A stretch of 33,946 nt of DNA from positions 1 to 33,946 of the forward strand of contig JWZX01003302.1 of the NCBI GenBank assembly GCA_001275005.1. The letters are read 5' to 3'. The notes below the pieces were generated by a model that ran no database searches, was not told the DNA's origin, and saw only the letters and a list, made by a program, of their open reading frames with translations. Position 1 is the first letter of the stretch. Each line of letters starts with the position of its first letter. Both the position numbers and the translations under genes were made by a program. This stretch comes from Chrysochromulina tobinii. Taxonomy: Eukaryota. Shown here one piece after another: positions 32,341 to 33,946 of this stretch.

Positions 32341-32619
32341 CCAGTAGCCGACTGGTACCAGGAACGGTGTTCACGAATACATGTAGTACGGTACATCTAC
32401 ATGCACACGACAGATGGGATCATGGGAACAACTTTGCAGACCACGTGCGATTTCATCGTCAAGTCCCGTACGCCTCGGCTGCGTCGTCCTCGGCATCGCC
32501 GCCGATAGACGGCCGTGAGGGGAAAGTTTTGAGTTCATGTGAATGGAAATGCGTCTCGACGCGCTGGAGCAAAAAGCTTCTCGGTCCGGTCCCGTCGGTG
32601 GACCCGGAGGAGACCGCCG

Positions 32620-33946
32620 ATGGCGGACTCGGAGGAAACGTTTGGCGGCTTCGATGCACCCACACCCGACGGCAAGCCGGCACCTTCCGAGCCTACGCTC
32701 TCAGCGGCTCCTGATGCATCTGCCTTCTCGTTCCTCAACGCTGGGAATACAGCGCCGGTGCCGAGCGCGGCGGATACCACGCCAGCGGCACCTCCTCCTC
32801 CAGAGTCGTCGGCGAGCAGCTCGGCGTTTTCCTTTCTCAACCTTGCGGGCGCCTCGCCGACTCTGGACGCGCCAGCGATTGGCGCAGCAGCCGCCGCCGC
32901 CAGCAGCTGCTGCAGCTTTGCTGGCCTTGAGATCACGTCCACTTCTAGCAGCATGCCAACGCCTGTACTGGCCGGCGGCTCCGGCGGTCTGAGCTTTGCT
33001 GGCATGTGCATCGCCTCCGACGCTGGCACCGCCGTACCGCTGCCCGCGAGCGGCTGCAGCTGCTCCTTCGCTGGCCTGTCGATCGCACCGTCTGTGCCGT
33101 CAGCGCCGATGACCATCGACGGTTTGGCGGCCGCAGCCCGTCTGGCGGCCGCAGCGATGCCATCGCAGCCAGCCGCGCAACCGAGTGCGCTCTCAAGCCT
33201 AGCGGCCGGCTTGGGCTTTGTCGTCGCGGACGTGGCTGTCGGATCGGGAGCCAGCGTCGTCGGCAGCGTCGCTGTAGCTGCGCCGCCAACGATGCCGGCA
33301 GTGCCGATGACGGCAGTGCTGCCAGCCATGGCCGCGCCAGCAGCCATGGCCGCGGCGCCCGCTTTGCTCGAGATCGCGGCGCTCGGCCCGACGTCGACCT
33401 TGCCGTCGGCGGAGGCGCCTAGCGCAGCGGGTCCCAAGAAGAAGACGAGTAAGGCGAGGAAGCCAGGGTGGGCCTCCGCTGCGCTCGAAGCGCCAGCGGC
33501 TGCGCCCATCACGGCGCAGCCCGCCGCCCCCGCCGCCGTGATGCCGCCCACACAGCCGGCAGCGCCCGCGATGGGCGTAGCCGTCGGCGTCCACAGCGCC
33601 GTGATGGGCATTCACAGCGGAGCGGCCGCCGTTCCGCCGGGCGGAGCTCAACACGGCGCTGCAGGCGGAGCGAGCGTGTTTGGCGGGATGACAGTGCGCA
33701 GACCGCCGCCAGCAGCGCCAGCAGCTTACCCACCCTCGGCCTCGGTCGCACCCGAGCTCAAGTCGTTCGCCTCCGCCGCCACTGTGTCGTCTTCCCGCCC
33801 ACTGCCTCTGCCGGACTACTTCAAAACACCACCCCTTGCTGAGGCCGACACTGCCCCAGCCGGCGGCGGCGGCGGCGACGGCGTCACTGCCCCAGCCGCC
33901 GCCGGCGGCGGTGGCGGTGGCGGCGGAGGCGGTAGTACGGCTCCCG
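32620..33946 (+). CDS. Low-complexity Ala/Pro/Ser-rich protein, 3'-truncated by the window end
   Basis: Manual translation from ATG32620 (MADSEETFGGFD...) stays open to the window end; repeated SAFSFLN and SFAG[LM] motifs; KKKTSKARKPGW. Missing from the ORF track because it has no stop. Confidence 0.75.
   Translation, partial: MADSEETFGGFDAPTPDGKPAPSEPTLSAAPDASAFSFLNAGNTAPVPSAADTTPAAPPPPESSASSSAFSFLNLAGASPTLDAPAIGAAAAAASSCCSFAGLEITSTSSSMPTPVLAGGSGGLSFAGMCIASDAGTAVPLPASGCSCSFAGLSIAPSVPSAPMTIDGLAAAARLAAAAMPSQPAAQPSALSSLAAGLGFVVADVAVGSGASVVGSVAVAAPPTMPAVPMTAVLPAMAAPAAMAAAPALLEIAALGPTSTLPSAEAPSAAGPKKKTSKARKPGWASAALEAPAAAPITAQPAAPAAVMPPTQPAAPAMGVAVGVHSAVMGIHSGAAAVPPGGAQHGAAGGASVFGGMTVRRPPPAAPAAYPPSASVAPELKSFASAATVSSSRPLPLPDYFKTPPLAEADTAPAGGGGGDGVTAPAAAGGGGGGGGGGSTAP

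Noticed and set aside
32535..33611. 358-aa minus-strand ORF
   Set aside because: Shadow of the + strand gene starting at 32620, which has an ATG and repeated motifs.

Overview
GC-rich, gene-dense eukaryotic nuclear DNA from an alga with a secondary plastid, most likely a haptophyte. The lineage is an inference from GT-AG introns, a nuclear petC with a bipartite signal/transit peptide, a nuclear mitochondrial rps7 and a POP-type organellar DNA polymerase. About 18 protein-coding genes are present: GT90 glycosyltransferase, TauE/SafE transporter, a large WW-like + SLOG + 2xSLATT protein, mitochondrial rps7, nucleotide-sugar transporter, Pro-rich protein, ankyrin protein, UBC-like + 2OG-Fe(II) oxygenase fusion, POP polymerase, PP6 catalytic subunit, petC, a bacterial-type Cys/His protein, a non-canonical LOV + KA1 protein, a duplicated-module zinc-finger-like protein, an NCKX-like exchanger, a cyclin Y-like protein and a truncated low-complexity gene. 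Best leads: (1) the SLOG-SLATT protein, which resembles prokaryotic nucleotide-sensing membrane effectors and TRPM N-termini; (2) a LOV domain lacking the canonical Cys and Gln, fused to a KA1-like domain with no kinase; (3) five apparent +1 frameshifts (error, decay or recoding); (4) a UEV-oxygenase fusion. All domain calls come from motif recognition by eye; no searches were run.
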